From the NCBI GenBank assembly GCA_963841175.1, contig CAWJBN010000005.1, forward strand, positions 113,663 through 177,662: a DNA stretch of 64,000 nt. Direction: 5' to 3'. Positions 63,984 to 64,000 of the stretch are shown here, in pieces. A program made the translations under genes and the position numbers. This DNA comes from an uncultured Actinomycetes bacterium. Lineage in GTDB: Bacteria > Actinomycetota > Thermoleophilia > Gaiellales > Gaiellaceae. The notes under the pieces are model-generated. The model made no database searches and was not told the origin of the DNA. It saw only the letters and a program-made list of their open reading frames with translations. Every line of letters begins with the position of its first letter. Position 1 is the first letter of the stretch.

Positions 63984-64000
63984 TTACCAGCGGTAATGCG
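63984..64000 (-). CDS. rpsG: 30S ribosomal protein S7, last 4 codons + stop only (window edge)
   Basis: The minus strand reads ...CAT TAC CGC TGG TAA (HYRW*), the usual S7 C-terminus, in the expected position upstream of fusA. Confidence 0.6.

Overview
The window is a high-GC (about 70%) actinobacterial-type chromosomal segment, almost entirely housekeeping. I found no CRISPR array, transposase, integrase, recognisable defence island or biosynthetic cluster.

**Layout**
- 0-14 kb: an ICMT-like gene fragment, LysE, coaX, DUF2469 and folK-folB-folP on the minus strand. A plus-strand block follows (DUF4234, DUF4129, membrane protein, MoxR, DUF58, membrane protein), then ftsH-hpt-tilS and a lipoprotein gene.
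- 14-44 kb: mixed metabolism and regulation. This part holds a histidine phosphatase, GNAT, deoD, a DAG-kinase-like lipid kinase, Sir2, a thioesterase, VanW, an SDR, YcaQ and two acyl-CoA dehydrogenases. It continues with a secreted haloperoxidase/PAP2-like protein, DUF4242, a large LuxR-type ATPase regulator, cupin, TetR, a CoA-transferase, a HAD hydrolase and tRNA-Pro(CGG). The last stretch carries a small HTH ORF, Ku, fadD, NlpC/P60, a PBP4-type carboxypeptidase, ligA, a second HAD, truA, a P450, a Kelch protein and NfeD.
- 44.2-64 kb, minus strand: a nearly complete str/S10/spc/alpha ribosomal super-operon, from the rpsG 3' end through fusA, tuf and rpsJ to rpoA and rplQ.

**Main observations**
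1. AT-rich, perfect hairpins sit directly against start codons and sequester Shine-Dalgarno sequences. The S10-L3 spacer is made entirely of three abutting hairpins. The S8-L6 spacer carries two hairpins plus an 18-codon uORF coupled to rplF by an ATGA overlap.
2. A promoter, a structured leader and an intrinsic terminator lie upstream of an unlisted 58-codon HTH ORF next to tRNA-Pro.
3. Eight secure net +1 frameshifts, plus one possible ninth, interrupt otherwise intact conserved genes (ftsH, tilS, ligA, truA and others). This looks like systematic insertion error rather than decay.
4. Several ribosomal proteins carry long Pro/Glu/Ala-rich extensions.
5. Two conserved gene orders are interrupted, ftsH-fol and rplQ-truA.

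Internal start coordinates were derived by codon counting from the supplied ORF track. No database search was possible, so family names rest on motif recognition.
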